Origin: a virus
Taxonomy: Duplodnaviria; Caudoviricetes
Length of the DNA stretch: 25,676 nucleotides
Direction: 5' to 3' (one strand)
IMG/VR virus record: IMGVR_UViG_3300038318_000510
Location: 1 to 25,676 of that record
The position numbers and the translations under genes were made by a program. Numbering within the stretch: position 1 is the first letter of the stretch; each line of letters opens with the position of its first letter. Shown here one piece after another: positions 9,618-19,655 of the stretch. The notes beneath the pieces are model-generated. The model ran no database searches, had not been told where the DNA came from, and saw only the letters and a program-made list of their open reading frames with translations.

Positions 9618-10184
9618 ATGGCACAAGTAGGATTAAAAGATTTACATTTTGCTATTTTAAATAAAGACACCATAGAAGAATTAACTTATGCTGTTCCTGA
9701 ACCAATGGTAGGAGCTATAAATGCAACAATAAATCCAACAGTAAATACTCAAGAAGTCTATGCTGATGACCAGCTTTGGGAATCTGTATCCGCATTAGGA
9801 AAAATTGATGTGGAGGTAGAAACAGCAGATTTACCTTTAGCAACAAGGGCCAAGTTATTAGGAAATAAGATTGTGGAAGGAGTACTTGTAGAAAACAAGG
9901 CAGACATTCCACCTCATATTGCCCTAGGATTTAAAAGCTTAAAATCCAATGGAAAGTATCGTTATGTATGGCTTTTAAAAGGTGTGGCCCAGCCTATGGC
10001 AGAAGATTATTCGACAAAAAAGGACAATGTAGAGCATAAAACACCTAAGCTTAAACTTACATTTATGCCAAGACTAAATGATGGAGAATGGAAACACACA
10101 GCAGATGAAGATGGTGCAGATTTCCTAGGAGCTGATACTTGGTTTGAAAAGGTTCCAGGAGATACTACAACACAGGAGGTTTAA
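9618..10184 (+). CDS. Major tail (tube) protein, phi13-like family
   Basis: VGLKDLHFA, YADD, ALGFKS and YRYVWLLKG. Confidence 0.88.
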   Translation: MAQVGLKDLHFAILNKDTIEELTYAVPEPMVGAINATINPTVNTQEVYADDQLWESVSALGKIDVEVETADLPLATRAKLLGNKIVEGVLVENKADIPPHIALGFKSLKSNGKYRYVWLLKGVAQPMAEDYSTKKDNVEHKTPKLKLTFMPRLNDGEWKHTADEDGADFLGADTWFEKVPGDTTTQEV

Positions 10185-10187
10185 TAT

Positions 10188-10487
10188 ATGGAGATTATAT
10201 TAAAGAAGGATAAAAAAGATAAGACCTACACCACTGGTTTTATATCTGCAAGGATGGTTAGAAGAACCATTGAAGTATCCCAAGGAGTAGATTTTGATAA
10301 CATTTCTCCAGAGGAATTAGATAAACTAATTGACTATATAGTAGAACTATTTGGTAATCAATTTACTAGAGATGATGTCTACGATGGACTTCAATCTAAA
10401 GACTTAATTCCTACCATCACAAAATGTATTAATGAAGTAGTAGGTGAGATGTCAGAAGTAACAGCAGGTGATGGAAAAAACCAGTAG
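10188..10487 (+). CDS. Tail assembly chaperone (gpG-like)
   Basis: Lies between tail tube and tape measure genes; contains FGNQFTRDDVYDGL; ends with slippery A AAA AAC. Confidence 0.8.
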   Translation: MEIILKKDKKDKTYTTGFISARMVRRTIEVSQGVDFDNISPEELDKLIDYIVELFGNQFTRDDVYDGLQSKDLIPTITKCINEVVGEMSEVTAGDGKNQ

Positions 10488-10498
10488 AGGGGAATGCC

Positions 10499-10654
10499 AT
10501 GGGTCCCCAGGATTTTATAGATAGCCTATATCTAGCACTTCTTGATAAAGGCTGGACATTAAATGAAATTGACTCCATGGATATAATCTACTATTTGAGA
10601 TTATTAACTAAGAAGTTAGGAAATGAAAAAGTATATATTGATGAAATACTATAA
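10499..10654 (+). CDS. gpT-like extension of the tail chaperone (51 aa; not in the ORF track)
   Basis: MGPQDFIDSLYLALLDKGWTLNEIDSMDIIYYLRLL...; this frame is open back to the slippery site, in the -1 frame of the chaperone. Confidence 0.78.
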   Translation: MGPQDFIDSLYLALLDKGWTLNEIDSMDIIYYLRLLTKKLGNEKVYIDEIL

Positions 10655-10702
10655 CACCTAAATCCTAGGTGTATTTTTTATGCCCAAAGGCAGGTGAGAT
10701 AA

Positions 10703-13700
10703 GTGGCAAAGGAAATAGGGAAATTAAATGTAGTGGTAGGGCTTGACTCTACTGGATTTCAAAATGGGGTAAGTAGTTTAAATCGAGAGATGAGAAAGGT
10801 TCAATCTGAGTTTAAGCTTGCCAGTGCTGAAATGGGAAAGCATGGAAAAGGATTAGATAGTCTTAAACTAAAATCAGATAGTTTAACAAAACAAACGGAA
10901 CTTCAAAGGCAAAAGGTAAAGGCTTTAGAAGAAGCCCATCAAAAGTCAGTAGAGACAAAAGGAAAAGATGCCAAAGCTACACAGAATTTAGAGATAAAGT
11001 TAAATAAGGCAAAGACACAATTAGCCTATATGGAGCAGGACTTAAAGAAAGTAAACCAGGAGATAGAACTTCAGTCTTCAGGCTTTTATAAACTAGGTAA
11101 AGCACTGGAGCCTGTTGGTCAGAAGATGCAAGATGTAGGAAAAGAGATGGAAGAGGTAGGTAAAGACTTAACTAAAAAGATTACACTTCCACTAGTTGGA
11201 CTTGGTGCTGCTGCAGTTAAAGTAGGGTCTGATTTTGAAGCTGGTATGAGTGAAGTAGGGGCTATAAGTGGTGCTACAGGTAATGATTTAAAATTGCTAG
11301 AGGAAAAAGCTAAGGAAATGGGTGCTACCACAAAGTTTAGTGCATCTGAATCTGCCGAAGCTTTAAAGTATATGGCCATGGCTGGCTGGGATACCAATCA
11401 GATGCTTGATGGTTTAGATGGAGTTATGATGCTTGCAGCTTCCAGTGGTGAAGATTTAGGTTTGGTTTCTGACATTGTCACCGATGCCCTTACTGCCTTT
11501 GGAATGGAAGCAAAAGAAGCTTCAAACTTTGCAGATTTACTAGCTAGTGCATCCAGTAATTCAAATACAAATGTGGCAATGCTTGGGGAGTCATTTAAAT
11601 ATGTGGCTCCTCTTTTTGGTGCATTGGGATATTCTGCAGAAGATGCAGCCCTTGCTTTAGGACTTATGGCCAATGCAGGAATTAAGGGTTCTCAGGCTGG
11701 AACTTCTCTAAAGACAGCTATAGCAAACCTAGCCAATCCAACAGATAAAATGGCAGCTGCTATGGGCCAATTAGGCATCTCTATCACAGATGCCAATGGA
11801 GAAATGCTTCCATTTAAAGGTGTGATGGATGAATTAAGATTAAAGTTTGCAGGACTTTCTGAAGAACAACAGGCCCAATATGCAGCTACTATATTTGGAA
11901 AAGAAGCAATGAGTGGAATGCTTGCAATCATAAATGCAAGTCCTGAAGATTATGAAAAACTTACTCAAGCTACAAAGGAATACAACGGTGTAGCAAAAGA
12001 GATGGCTGAAACTATGGAGGATAATCTTCAAGGGGAAATTACTAAATTAAAATCTGCTCTTGAAGGTTTAGGAATACAGATATTTGAGATTTTAGTTCCA
12101 CATCTACAAACCTTAGTTGAAAAGCTGCAACTTGTAGTAGAATGGTTTGCTAATCTAAATCCTGCTACTCAGGAAACTATAGTGAAAGTAGCAGCACTTG
12201 CAGCAGCTATAGGCCCACTATTAATCCTTGGTGGAAAGGTTATAGGTGGAGCAGGTACTGTTATTACTTCTTTTTCAAAAGTATCAATAGCTTTAGCTGG
12301 ATTAAAAACAGGAACTGCTGGAGTCACAGTTGCTACTAGTGGAATGGCTACTGGATTTAGTGCAGCAGGAATAGCTGCTAAAGCTGGAGCCTTACTTTTA
12401 AATCCATGGACTTTAGGAATTGGAGCTGCTACAGTGGCAGGTATTGCACTATATAAACATCTTTCAAAAGAAAGTATTCCTACTATAGAGTTGTTTGGAG
12501 ATGAAGTATCTGAGTCTACAAAGAAAGCTGTAGGAGGGTTTTTAGAATTAAACGATGAAGCAACTTTAGCTTTAAATCAACTTTCATGGAGTGGTCAGGA
12601 AGTAACTAAAGAAATGGCAGACGGGATAACAGCAAACTTCTCACAAATGGCAAGTGACATTCAAGCTGGACTAGATAAGCACCATGAAGAGTCTTTAGGA
12701 AAGATACAAAACTTTGTAACTAGCAGTACTTCTCTTTCAAAAGAAGAGCAAGACCAGATTTTAAATAATATGCAGGAAGGTTATGAAAATAGAAAGAAGG
12801 AAATTTCTGATGGTGAAGCAAGGATAAAAGAGATACTTGATACGGCTTCCAGTGAAAAAAGAGCCTTAACTAAATCTGAGCAGGAAGAAATAAATTCTAT
12901 TCAAAAGAAAATGGTGGATATAGGAATTAAGGTTCTATCTGAAAATGAAGTAGAAGCAAAGGCCATTATGGAAAGGATGAAGGCCCAAGCTGGAGAGATT
13001 ACTGCAAAGCAAGCTGCAGAGGTTGTTAAAAATAGTTTAGATCAAAAGGATAAAACCATTAAAGCAGCAGAAGAACAATACAAAGAAGTAGTTAAGGAAA
13101 TCATCAGACAAAGAGATGAATCCAAAACTATTACTAAAGACCAAGCAGATAAGTTAATTAAGGAAGCTACTCGTCAAAAGGATGAATCCATTAAAAAAGC
13201 AGAAGATATGCATGAGAAAGTAGTAGATGAAGCTAAAACTCAAGCCAAAGAACATGTCAACCAAGTAGACTGGGAAACAGGAGAGATTAAGACAAAGTGG
13301 CAGGTTATGAAAAGTGATGTATCCACTAAGGCTAGAGAAATAAAAGAAAATGTAATAAAGAGATGGGAAGAAATTAAAAAAGATTCATCTCAAAAATGGC
13401 AAAATATAAAAACGAACTTAGCTAATAGCTGGAGTTCTATGAAAGAGGATACTATTACTAAAGCTAGAGAAATTAAAGAAGATGTCACCAAAAGATGGGA
13501 AGATATAAAGATATCTACTTCTGAAAATTGGGAAGCAGTTAAAACTTCTGTATCTAGTAGTATTAGTAAAGTAAAAAGTAAAATATCAGAAGGAATAGAA
13601 AAGATAAAAGAATGGAATGCCACAAAGGTAAAAGAAAAGGTATTTAGTATTGTGGAAAAAGTAAAAAGAGTATTTTCAGGTGGGGGAGCAGATTCTAACT

Positions 13701-13936
13701 TTAGCGGAACTAGCTTCTTCCAAGGTGGGTTTACTATGGTAGGAGAACTTGGACCAGAGCTTGTAGAACTTCCAAGAGGAAGTAGGATTTATAACGATAA
13801 TGTGACTAAAAAGATGCTTTCTGGGGATAAAGGTATAACTCAAAACATAGTTATCAACAGTTCTACTCCGTTAACCCCATCTGAAACAGCAAGACAAATT
13901 AAAAATGCATCAAGACAACTTGCTCTTGAATGGTAG
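10703..13936 (+). CDS. Tail tape measure protein (TP901 family)
   Basis: 1077 aa; TKFSASESAEALKYMAMAGW and GIKGSQAGTSL core; periodic Trp repeats near the C-terminus; GELGPELV. Confidence 0.95.
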   Translation: MAKEIGKLNVVVGLDSTGFQNGVSSLNREMRKVQSEFKLASAEMGKHGKGLDSLKLKSDSLTKQTELQRQKVKALEEAHQKSVETKGKDAKATQNLEIKLNKAKTQLAYMEQDLKKVNQEIELQSSGFYKLGKALEPVGQKMQDVGKEMEEVGKDLTKKITLPLVGLGAAAVKVGSDFEAGMSEVGAISGATGNDLKLLEEKAKEMGATTKFSASESAEALKYMAMAGWDTNQMLDGLDGVMMLAASSGEDLGLVSDIVTDALTAFGMEAKEASNFADLLASASSNSNTNVAMLGESFKYVAPLFGALGYSAEDAALALGLMANAGIKGSQAGTSLKTAIANLANPTDKMAAAMGQLGISITDANGEMLPFKGVMDELRLKFAGLSEEQQAQYAATIFGKEAMSGMLAIINASPEDYEKLTQATKEYNGVAKEMAETMEDNLQGEITKLKSALEGLGIQIFEILVPHLQTLVEKLQLVVEWFANLNPATQETIVKVAALAAAIGPLLILGGKVIGGAGTVITSFSKVSIALAGLKTGTAGVTVATSGMATGFSAAGIAAKAGALLLNPWTLGIGAATVAGIALYKHLSKESIPTIELFGDEVSESTKKAVGGFLELNDEATLALNQLSWSGQEVTKEMADGITANFSQMASDIQAGLDKHHEESLGKIQNFVTSSTSLSKEEQDQILNNMQEGYENRKKEISDGEARIKEILDTASSEKRALTKSEQEEINSIQKKMVDIGIKVLSENEVEAKAIMERMKAQAGEITAKQAAEVVKNSLDQKDKTIKAAEEQYKEVVKEIIRQRDESKTITKDQADKLIKEATRQKDESIKKAEDMHEKVVDEAKTQAKEHVNQVDWETGEIKTKWQVMKSDVSTKAREIKENVIKRWEEIKKDSSQKWQNIKTNLANSWSSMKEDTITKAREIKEDVTKRWEDIKISTSENWEAVKTSVSSSISKVKSKISEGIEKIKEWNATKVKEKVFSIVEKVKRVFSGGGADSNFSGTSFFQGGFTMVGELGPELVELPRGSRIYNDNVTKKMLSGDKGITQNIVINSSTPLTPSETARQIKNASRQLALEW

Positions 13937-13946
13937 GAGGTGTGTT

Positions 13947-14798
13947 ATGGAGAAAGTTGTTATTACTAATAAAAATGGAGAAAGCATTACCCTTGGCAAT
14001 CAATCTCCTTATTTTTTAGAAATATTAGATGGAGTTGGAAATATTCCAGTTACAATTGAAAGTCAAAAATCACCTAAACAAGATGGCTCTACTTATATTG
14101 ATAATATGCTAGAAAGTAGAGCCATCTCCATTGAAGGAGTAATTGTTACTAGGTATAATCCTAATGAGGTCTTAAAATGTAGGAGAAAAATGCAAAGAGT
14201 ATTAAACCCAAAGATTGGAGAAGTAATCATCACCTACTATCATGAAGATATGGTTAAGGAAATTAAAGGCATAGTAGAAAATACACCAGTTTTCCCTAGT
14301 GGTGAAGGCAACAAAGGAATTTATTATCAAAAGTATTTATTACATCTACTTTGCCATCAGCCATTTTGGCTTGATACTTATTATGAAAGTAGAGAGATGT
14401 CTTATATTATGGGTGGACTTAAATTTAGATTATTTTTGCCTACCAGCTTTTCTGATAGAGGATTTAAAAGAAAGGCAGTAAATGAAGGAGATGTCTCTAC
14501 TCCAGTTACTATTGAATTCAGGGGCCCTGCTATTAATCCTACAGTAACAAATTTAACAACTGGAGAATCCATAAAGGTAAACAGAGAGCTTGGAGAAGAT
14601 GATATCTTAACAGTATCTACTGCCTTTGGAGAGAAGTATGTAAGAATTAATGGGGAAAATGTATTTCACTATATAGATTTGGATAGCACCTTTTGGTGTC
14701 TTTTACCAGGGGAGAATATTTTAAGCTATGAAAGTAATAATGATAGTGTAAAAACGAAAGTTATTGTAAAGTGGAAAAATAGATACATCGGTCTTTAG
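13947..14798 (+). CDS. Distal tail (Dit-like) protein
   Basis: Follows the tape measure gene; QDGSTY, CHQPFW, NEGDVSTPVTIEF and LLPGEN; ATG 13947 after AGGAGG. Confidence 0.8.
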   Translation: MEKVVITNKNGESITLGNQSPYFLEILDGVGNIPVTIESQKSPKQDGSTYIDNMLESRAISIEGVIVTRYNPNEVLKCRRKMQRVLNPKIGEVIITYYHEDMVKEIKGIVENTPVFPSGEGNKGIYYQKYLLHLLCHQPFWLDTYYESREMSYIMGGLKFRLFLPTSFSDRGFKRKAVNEGDVSTPVTIEFRGPAINPTVTNLTTGESIKVNRELGEDDILTVSTAFGEKYVRINGENVFHYIDLDSTFWCLLPGENILSYESNNDSVKTKVIVKWKNRYIGL

Positions 14799-14812
14799 AA
14801 AGGAGGAAATTC

Positions 14813-16726
14813 ATGGCTGAAAGGTTTCGATTCTTTGACTCAATAGATGGAGAAGATGAAAGATATTATACCGCTGATGAGTTTGCAGAATATTTTAGGC
14901 AGCTGGTAACCAGTGGTATTTTTAATGGCGGAGAAAACCTTCGAGTAACTACAGATGGAACTGATATGAGTGTAAAGATTAAAGAAGGCTATGCTTGGCT
15001 GGAAGGATATTTATATAAGATTGATACTGAACCTTTGAAGCTTACTTTAGATGCAGCAGATCCAAACTTAAATAGAATAGATAGGATTATAATCAGATTA
15101 GATAAAACCCTTGATAATAGATATGTTAGGGCCTTTGTATTAAAAGGGATTCCAGCTCAAGAACCGATAGCACCACAACTTATGAGGGATGAAAACATAT
15201 ATGAGATATCACTTGCACAAATAAGAATTATTGCAGGAAAGTCCTTTATCGGAGAAACAGAAGTAATGGATGAAAGGTTTAATGAAGATGTATGTGGAAT
15301 TGTCAATTCGCTTATAAAAGTAGATACTTCTCATTTAATAAAAGCCTTTGAGGATGAATGGCAAACTTGGTATAACGGGATTAAAGATGAGACCTTTGTA
15401 CCGATTGGAAATCTTAGAGATGGATTTATTAGGACACCTGAAGATTTAATATACTCCATTCCAGATAGTAAATTACAATTTGAAAAGGGGTGGCCAATAC
15501 ACAGAAATATCCCCAAGATGGAATTAGAAGGTCTTGGCTTAAATGAAGATGGAAATTTGTATATCGATACACTTAAAAATGATTATGAAGATGTATTTAG
15601 TCATAATGTTGAAGGGAGTCTATCAAGTGAAAACTTACACGTAGACTCTCAATTAGCTATTCCCTTTACTGTAAACACTGATGTGAAGCATTTACAGATA
15701 ACAATGATCTTGAAAAGATATAGCATTGGTATGATTAGATGCATTATTTGTGGCTCTGATGATGAAGGCTTGCCAGACCTCACAAAGGAAATAGGAAGAT
15801 ATTTTCCTGATTGGCAAGGATATAGTGAGATGAATGATAAATTTTCAGATTTTACATGGGATATGCCATTGAATAGACTTCTTAAAACAGATGAGCAATA
15901 CTATCTTATTTTGTATAGTTGGTCTACAGAGTATTATATAAATGCAGGGTATTCAGATTCACATGGGGAAATGAATTACTTTTTATCTACAAATAAAGGC
16001 TTAACATGGACATCTTATGAAAGAACACCTCGTCTAATCATATCTGGAAAAGAATTAGTAGATGAAGGGGTAGCTACAATAGACTATTCAAATCTAGCAA
16101 ATTTCAAAAAGCATGGGTTGATTAATTTAGAGATTATAGACAATGTGAATTCTTATTATGTAATAGATGTATTAGATTTAGATGGTAATGTAATTAAAGG
16201 AAATATTATATCAGGTAAATATCTATTTGAAGATAATCTCTCTAAAGACACCAAAGTTAGAATAAGACTAATAAAAGTTGGAGAAGAAGAACCAAAGCTT
16301 AAAGGATTCGAACACTTATGGGTAGCAGATACAAGTAAAGTGAGGATTGAACAAGCTATAGTTCCTTCTGATAATACTATCTTTGGACCAGTTAAAACTG
16401 CTAAAAGTAGTACTGCTACGATTTATGCACACGTTCCGTACGCTGGAAGATACAGATTGAAGTGTGAAATAAAAACTAATAATGCTTCAGTTAATGCTAT
16501 TGTTACTGTTTATGAAAATAGTTCTTCAAATGGCAATAGAATCGGATATGCATCTGTTAAAGGAGATGTATACACTCCCATTACTATGGATTTGGAATCT
16601 GTTGCAGCGAACAGTAAAATTGTAATAGTACTAACAACTAGTAATTCATCATACCCAGCAACAATTAGGAATATTGAACTCTGTGGGGAGTATGGTTTTC
16701 AGAATTTAGAGCTGACTGGTATTTAA
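14813..16726 (+). CDS. Baseplate / tail fibre protein, candidate receptor-binding protein
   Basis: N-terminal 170 aa look like a conserved phage tail module (FFDS, YTADEFAEYF, RIDRIIIRLD, YEISLA, DERFNEDVCG); the C-terminus is beta-rich and unrecognised. Confidence 0.7.
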   Translation: MAERFRFFDSIDGEDERYYTADEFAEYFRQLVTSGIFNGGENLRVTTDGTDMSVKIKEGYAWLEGYLYKIDTEPLKLTLDAADPNLNRIDRIIIRLDKTLDNRYVRAFVLKGIPAQEPIAPQLMRDENIYEISLAQIRIIAGKSFIGETEVMDERFNEDVCGIVNSLIKVDTSHLIKAFEDEWQTWYNGIKDETFVPIGNLRDGFIRTPEDLIYSIPDSKLQFEKGWPIHRNIPKMELEGLGLNEDGNLYIDTLKNDYEDVFSHNVEGSLSSENLHVDSQLAIPFTVNTDVKHLQITMILKRYSIGMIRCIICGSDDEGLPDLTKEIGRYFPDWQGYSEMNDKFSDFTWDMPLNRLLKTDEQYYLILYSWSTEYYINAGYSDSHGEMNYFLSTNKGLTWTSYERTPRLIISGKELVDEGVATIDYSNLANFKKHGLINLEIIDNVNSYYVIDVLDLDGNVIKGNIISGKYLFEDNLSKDTKVRIRLIKVGEEEPKLKGFEHLWVADTSKVRIEQAIVPSDNTIFGPVKTAKSSTATIYAHVPYAGRYRLKCEIKTNNASVNAIVTVYENSSSNGNRIGYASVKGDVYTPITMDLESVAANSKIVIVLTTSNSSYPATIRNIELCGEYGFQNLELTGI

Positions 16727-16742
16727 TGAAGAGGTGATTTAA

Positions 16743-17030
16743 ATGAAAGTTATAGTAGATAGGGAAAGTGGGAATATTACTCGAGTCATAAGTAATTCGA
16801 TAGTACCACAGATTTTAAAAGTGAATGAAATTGAAATTACTGTAGAATACCCTGAAATTATAGATGCATTTAATAGAGGAGAAGAAATACTATATAACAA
16901 AGACACAGGAGAGATATATTACGAACCACAAACTGAAATTGACCCTGAAAAGGTAGCTCTTTATGAAGCAGTAGCAAATCTATTTGAAGAGGTACAGGTT
17001 TTAAAAGAGCAGATAGGAGGTGTTAAGTAA
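16743..17030 (+). CDS. Small tail-associated hypothetical protein
   Basis: RBS GAGGTG; C-terminal ALYEAVANLFEE helix; follows the tail fibre gene. Confidence 0.6.
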   Translation: MKVIVDRESGNITRVISNSIVPQILKVNEIEITVEYPEIIDAFNRGEEILYNKDTGEIYYEPQTEIDPEKVALYEAVANLFEEVQVLKEQIGGVK

Positions 17031-17176
17031 TGATGTATAAATATATGATTCCAGTGTATGCATTTTTAGTAAAGGCAGAAGTTAGGACTATAGAAAGTCT
17101 GCCAATTGACTATCAAATACCTGTCGCAGAATATATGGTAGGGATAGTTGAGGAAGAGATAAATGGAACCAATTAG
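17030..17176 (+). CDS. Small CD1375/XkdX-like phage protein (48 aa; not in the ORF track)
   Basis: MMYKYMIPVYAFLVKAEVRTIESLPIDYQIPVAEYM...; RBS AGGAGG; start overlaps the previous stop (TAATG). Confidence 0.7.
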   Translation: MMYKYMIPVYAFLVKAEVRTIESLPIDYQIPVAEYMVGIVEEEINGTN

Positions 17177-18260
17177 AATATTATCACCAAAATTTGATTT
17201 ACAGGGAGAGATAGACAACTATCTTTCCTTTTCTTTTTTAAGAAGATACCACTCTCCTGGGGAGTTTCAGCTGGTTACTAATAGAAAAGTACAAAATGCA
17301 GATAAGCTAAATATTGATCAATTAATCATGCTTGGAGCAGATAAATATAAGACTGGAATTATAAGGCATAAAGAAATAAAGACAAATGAACAGGGAGAAG
17401 AAATCCTAACAGTAAGAGGCTATACACTAGGAGCTATTACAAAACAAAGAATTACTATTCCACTAGATAACCAGGCCACAGATACAATTGAAGCAGATGC
17501 AGAAACAGTGATGAAACATTATGTGAAAAGGAACTGCTTAGATATTCCCAGTATGAAGTTTCCTATGCTCATGATAGCTGAAAATAAGAATAGAGGCCCT
17601 AATATTAAATGGCAAAGTAGATATAAAAATTTAGAAGAAGAGTTGGAAATAATAAGTAACCTATTAGGACTAGGTTGGTATATCTATCCTGACTTCAATT
17701 TAAAGAAGTGGGTATTTGACATATATAATGGAAGGGATTTTTCAGTAAGCCAAAATATTAATCCTCCTGTTATCTTCTCCCCTGAATTCGACAATGTTAA
17801 ATCCCAGGAGTATGTAGATAGTTTATTGGACTATGGAAATTTTGCTATTGTGGCAGGACAAGGTGAAGGTGCGAATAGAGAAATTATAACAGTTGGAAGC
17901 GATGATACTGGTCTTGATAAACACATCATATTTGTAGATGCAAGAGATTTAGAAAATAGTGATGATTTGCCAAGGAAAGGTGAAGCTAAACTTAATGAAC
18001 ATAAAAGAGTTCTTACTTTCCAATCAGAGATACTTCCAGAAGGGCCATTTAAGTATGAGAAGGATTGGAAATTGGGAGATATAGTGACAGTTAAGAATAA
18101 GGACTGGGGTGTTACCATGGATACTAGGATTACAGAGGTAACAGAAATTTATGAAGCAGGTGGTTTTAAGCTAAATGTAACTTTTGGAGAAAGCTTACCT
18201 ACTCTAATGGATAAAATTCAGCGAGAATTAAAAGGTTTTAATAATGTGGTTACAAGGTAA
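17163..18260 (+). CDS. Siphovirus ReqiPepy6 Gp37-like minor tail protein
   Basis: RRYHSPGEFQL, VIFSPEFDN, VAGQGEG, FVDARD and DWKLGDIVTV. Confidence 0.82.
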   Translation: MEPIRILSPKFDLQGEIDNYLSFSFLRRYHSPGEFQLVTNRKVQNADKLNIDQLIMLGADKYKTGIIRHKEIKTNEQGEEILTVRGYTLGAITKQRITIPLDNQATDTIEADAETVMKHYVKRNCLDIPSMKFPMLMIAENKNRGPNIKWQSRYKNLEEELEIISNLLGLGWYIYPDFNLKKWVFDIYNGRDFSVSQNINPPVIFSPEFDNVKSQEYVDSLLDYGNFAIVAGQGEGANREIITVGSDDTGLDKHIIFVDARDLENSDDLPRKGEAKLNEHKRVLTFQSEILPEGPFKYEKDWKLGDIVTVKNKDWGVTMDTRITEVTEIYEAGGFKLNVTFGESLPTLMDKIQRELKGFNNVVTR

Positions 18261-18330
18261 TCTAATGACTTAGAAATAAATTTATTCATTATAACAGGTG
18301 TATGATAAAATACAGTAAGAGGTGAAATTT

Positions 18331-19161
18331 ATGGATTATAGTTTGTTAGATGAGCATTTAGAAAAAATGGAACCTTATTTTAAAAAATGGATCAGAGAAT
18401 ATAATATTATGTTGCTTGATTCTAGCCTTGAAAGTGCTAAATATGAAGTATCAATTGATGCTACATTTAATCCCAAAGATGCAATATGCCAGCAATATAT
18501 GTATTCTATTTATAATGCATTTCGTGAATTGGTAAGAACTTATTGCTATTCAACTTCAGCATACTCAATAGAAAAAGAGCTTAGAGATAAAGAAGAGATT
18601 GCTTGGAGTAATTATTGGAAATATGAGATTAAGAATTACTATTTTAGAAGTATAATTCCTAGATATTTCTCAATTTTAGATTATATAGCTGTTATGATAA
18701 ATGAAATATCAAAGCAAAAATTAATACCTAATATTAGAATTGTAGATTTTAAAAAGATGATGGATAAACTAGTAAGCCTTAAAGATATGGAAAGTGTTGG
18801 ATGGTTAACTGAAAAAGATATCAAAGAAATAAAAGAAATATTTAATGATATACAATCTAGTATTACTAGTGAAGAGAGGAAAATTTTGCGAGATTATAGG
18901 AATAAAGAAACTCATAGATATTTAATAGGGATTGATGAAATAACAGTTTCTACTCATAAAAGGAGATTAACAAAAAAAGAGAAAGAATTATATAAATTAA
19001 AAGGTGACTATGCATATAGCTTTAAAGGGAAACCAGAAATTGAGTTTTCTAAACTGAATACAATTGTTGAAAAATTAATTAATAATCTTGATTTGGTGAT
19101 TTCTAAATTATTAGAATTAGACATAATGAAGAATGTCTTAGTTATAAGGAAAGATGACTAG
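18331..19161 (+). CDS. HEPN-domain protein (Cthe_2314-like), candidate defence RNase moron
   Basis: Helical, very AT-rich, with an R-x4-H motif (YRNKETHR) and an upstream FSILDYIA motif; ATG 18331 follows AGAGGTG. Confidence 0.65.
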   Translation: MDYSLLDEHLEKMEPYFKKWIREYNIMLLDSSLESAKYEVSIDATFNPKDAICQQYMYSIYNAFRELVRTYCYSTSAYSIEKELRDKEEIAWSNYWKYEIKNYYFRSIIPRYFSILDYIAVMINEISKQKLIPNIRIVDFKKMMDKLVSLKDMESVGWLTEKDIKEIKEIFNDIQSSITSEERKILRDYRNKETHRYLIGIDEITVSTHKRRLTKKEKELYKLKGDYAYSFKGKPEIEFSKLNTIVEKLINNLDLVISKLLELDIMKNVLVIRKDD

Positions 19162-19206
19162 AATGTATATACACAAAGATAATAAAAATTAATAGCATGA
19201 AAGATA

Positions 19207-19232
19207 AGGCATCCAATGGATGTCTATTTTTT
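19207..19232 (+). terminator. Terminator-like hairpin after the HEPN gene
   Basis: AGGCATCC-AAT-GGATGTCT followed by ATTTTTT. Confidence 0.55.
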
Positions 19233-19253
19233 ATGCTGAAAGGAGGAAAATGC

Positions 19254-19655
19254 ATGAAAGATATAATCCATACCATCCAAATTATATTTGCAGCCATTGG
19301 TGCATATATTGGTTGGTTTTTAGGTGGATTTGATGGCTTGCTTTATGCACTAGTAGCTTTTGTAGTACTTGACTATATAACAGGTTTGATGGTGGCTATT
19401 TTAGATAAGAAGTTATCTAGTAGCATTGGATTTAAAGGTATTTTTAAAAAAGTACTCATCTTTATATTTGTAGGGATAGGTCACATCATAGACTTTTATA
19501 TTCTCCAAAATGGGAGTGCAGTTAGAACTGCAGTAATCTTCTTCTATTTATCCAATGAAGGATTAAGCATAGTAGAAAATGCTGCAAAGATTGGACTTCC
19601 TGTGCCAGAAAGCTTAAAGAAAGTATTTATAGAATTAAAGAAGGAGGAGGATTAA
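19254..19655 (+). CDS. Phage holin (toxin secretion/phage lysis family)
   Basis: GWFLGGFDGLL, DYITG, LSSSIGFKGIFKK and NEGLSIVEN; ATG 19254 after AGGAGG. Confidence 0.92.
   Translation: MKDIIHTIQIIFAAIGAYIGWFLGGFDGLLYALVAFVVLDYITGLMVAILDKKLSSSIGFKGIFKKVLIFIFVGIGHIIDFYILQNGSAVRTAVIFFYLSNEGLSIVENAAKIGLPVPESLKKVFIELKKEED

Noticed and set aside
13260-13620. Imperfect repeats near the 3' end of the tape measure gene
   Set aside because: Ordinary Trp-periodic tape measure repeats, not CRISPR or DGR repeats
14528-14536. TGCTATTAA partial core match in the Dit gene
   Set aside because: 9-bp AT-rich match expected by chance within an intact gene
6798-18118. Short antisense or alternate-frame ORFs inside phage genes (e.g. 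8646-9047, 11119-12031, 14299-14481, 17831-18118)
   Set aside because: They overlap well-supported structural genes and have no independent evidence
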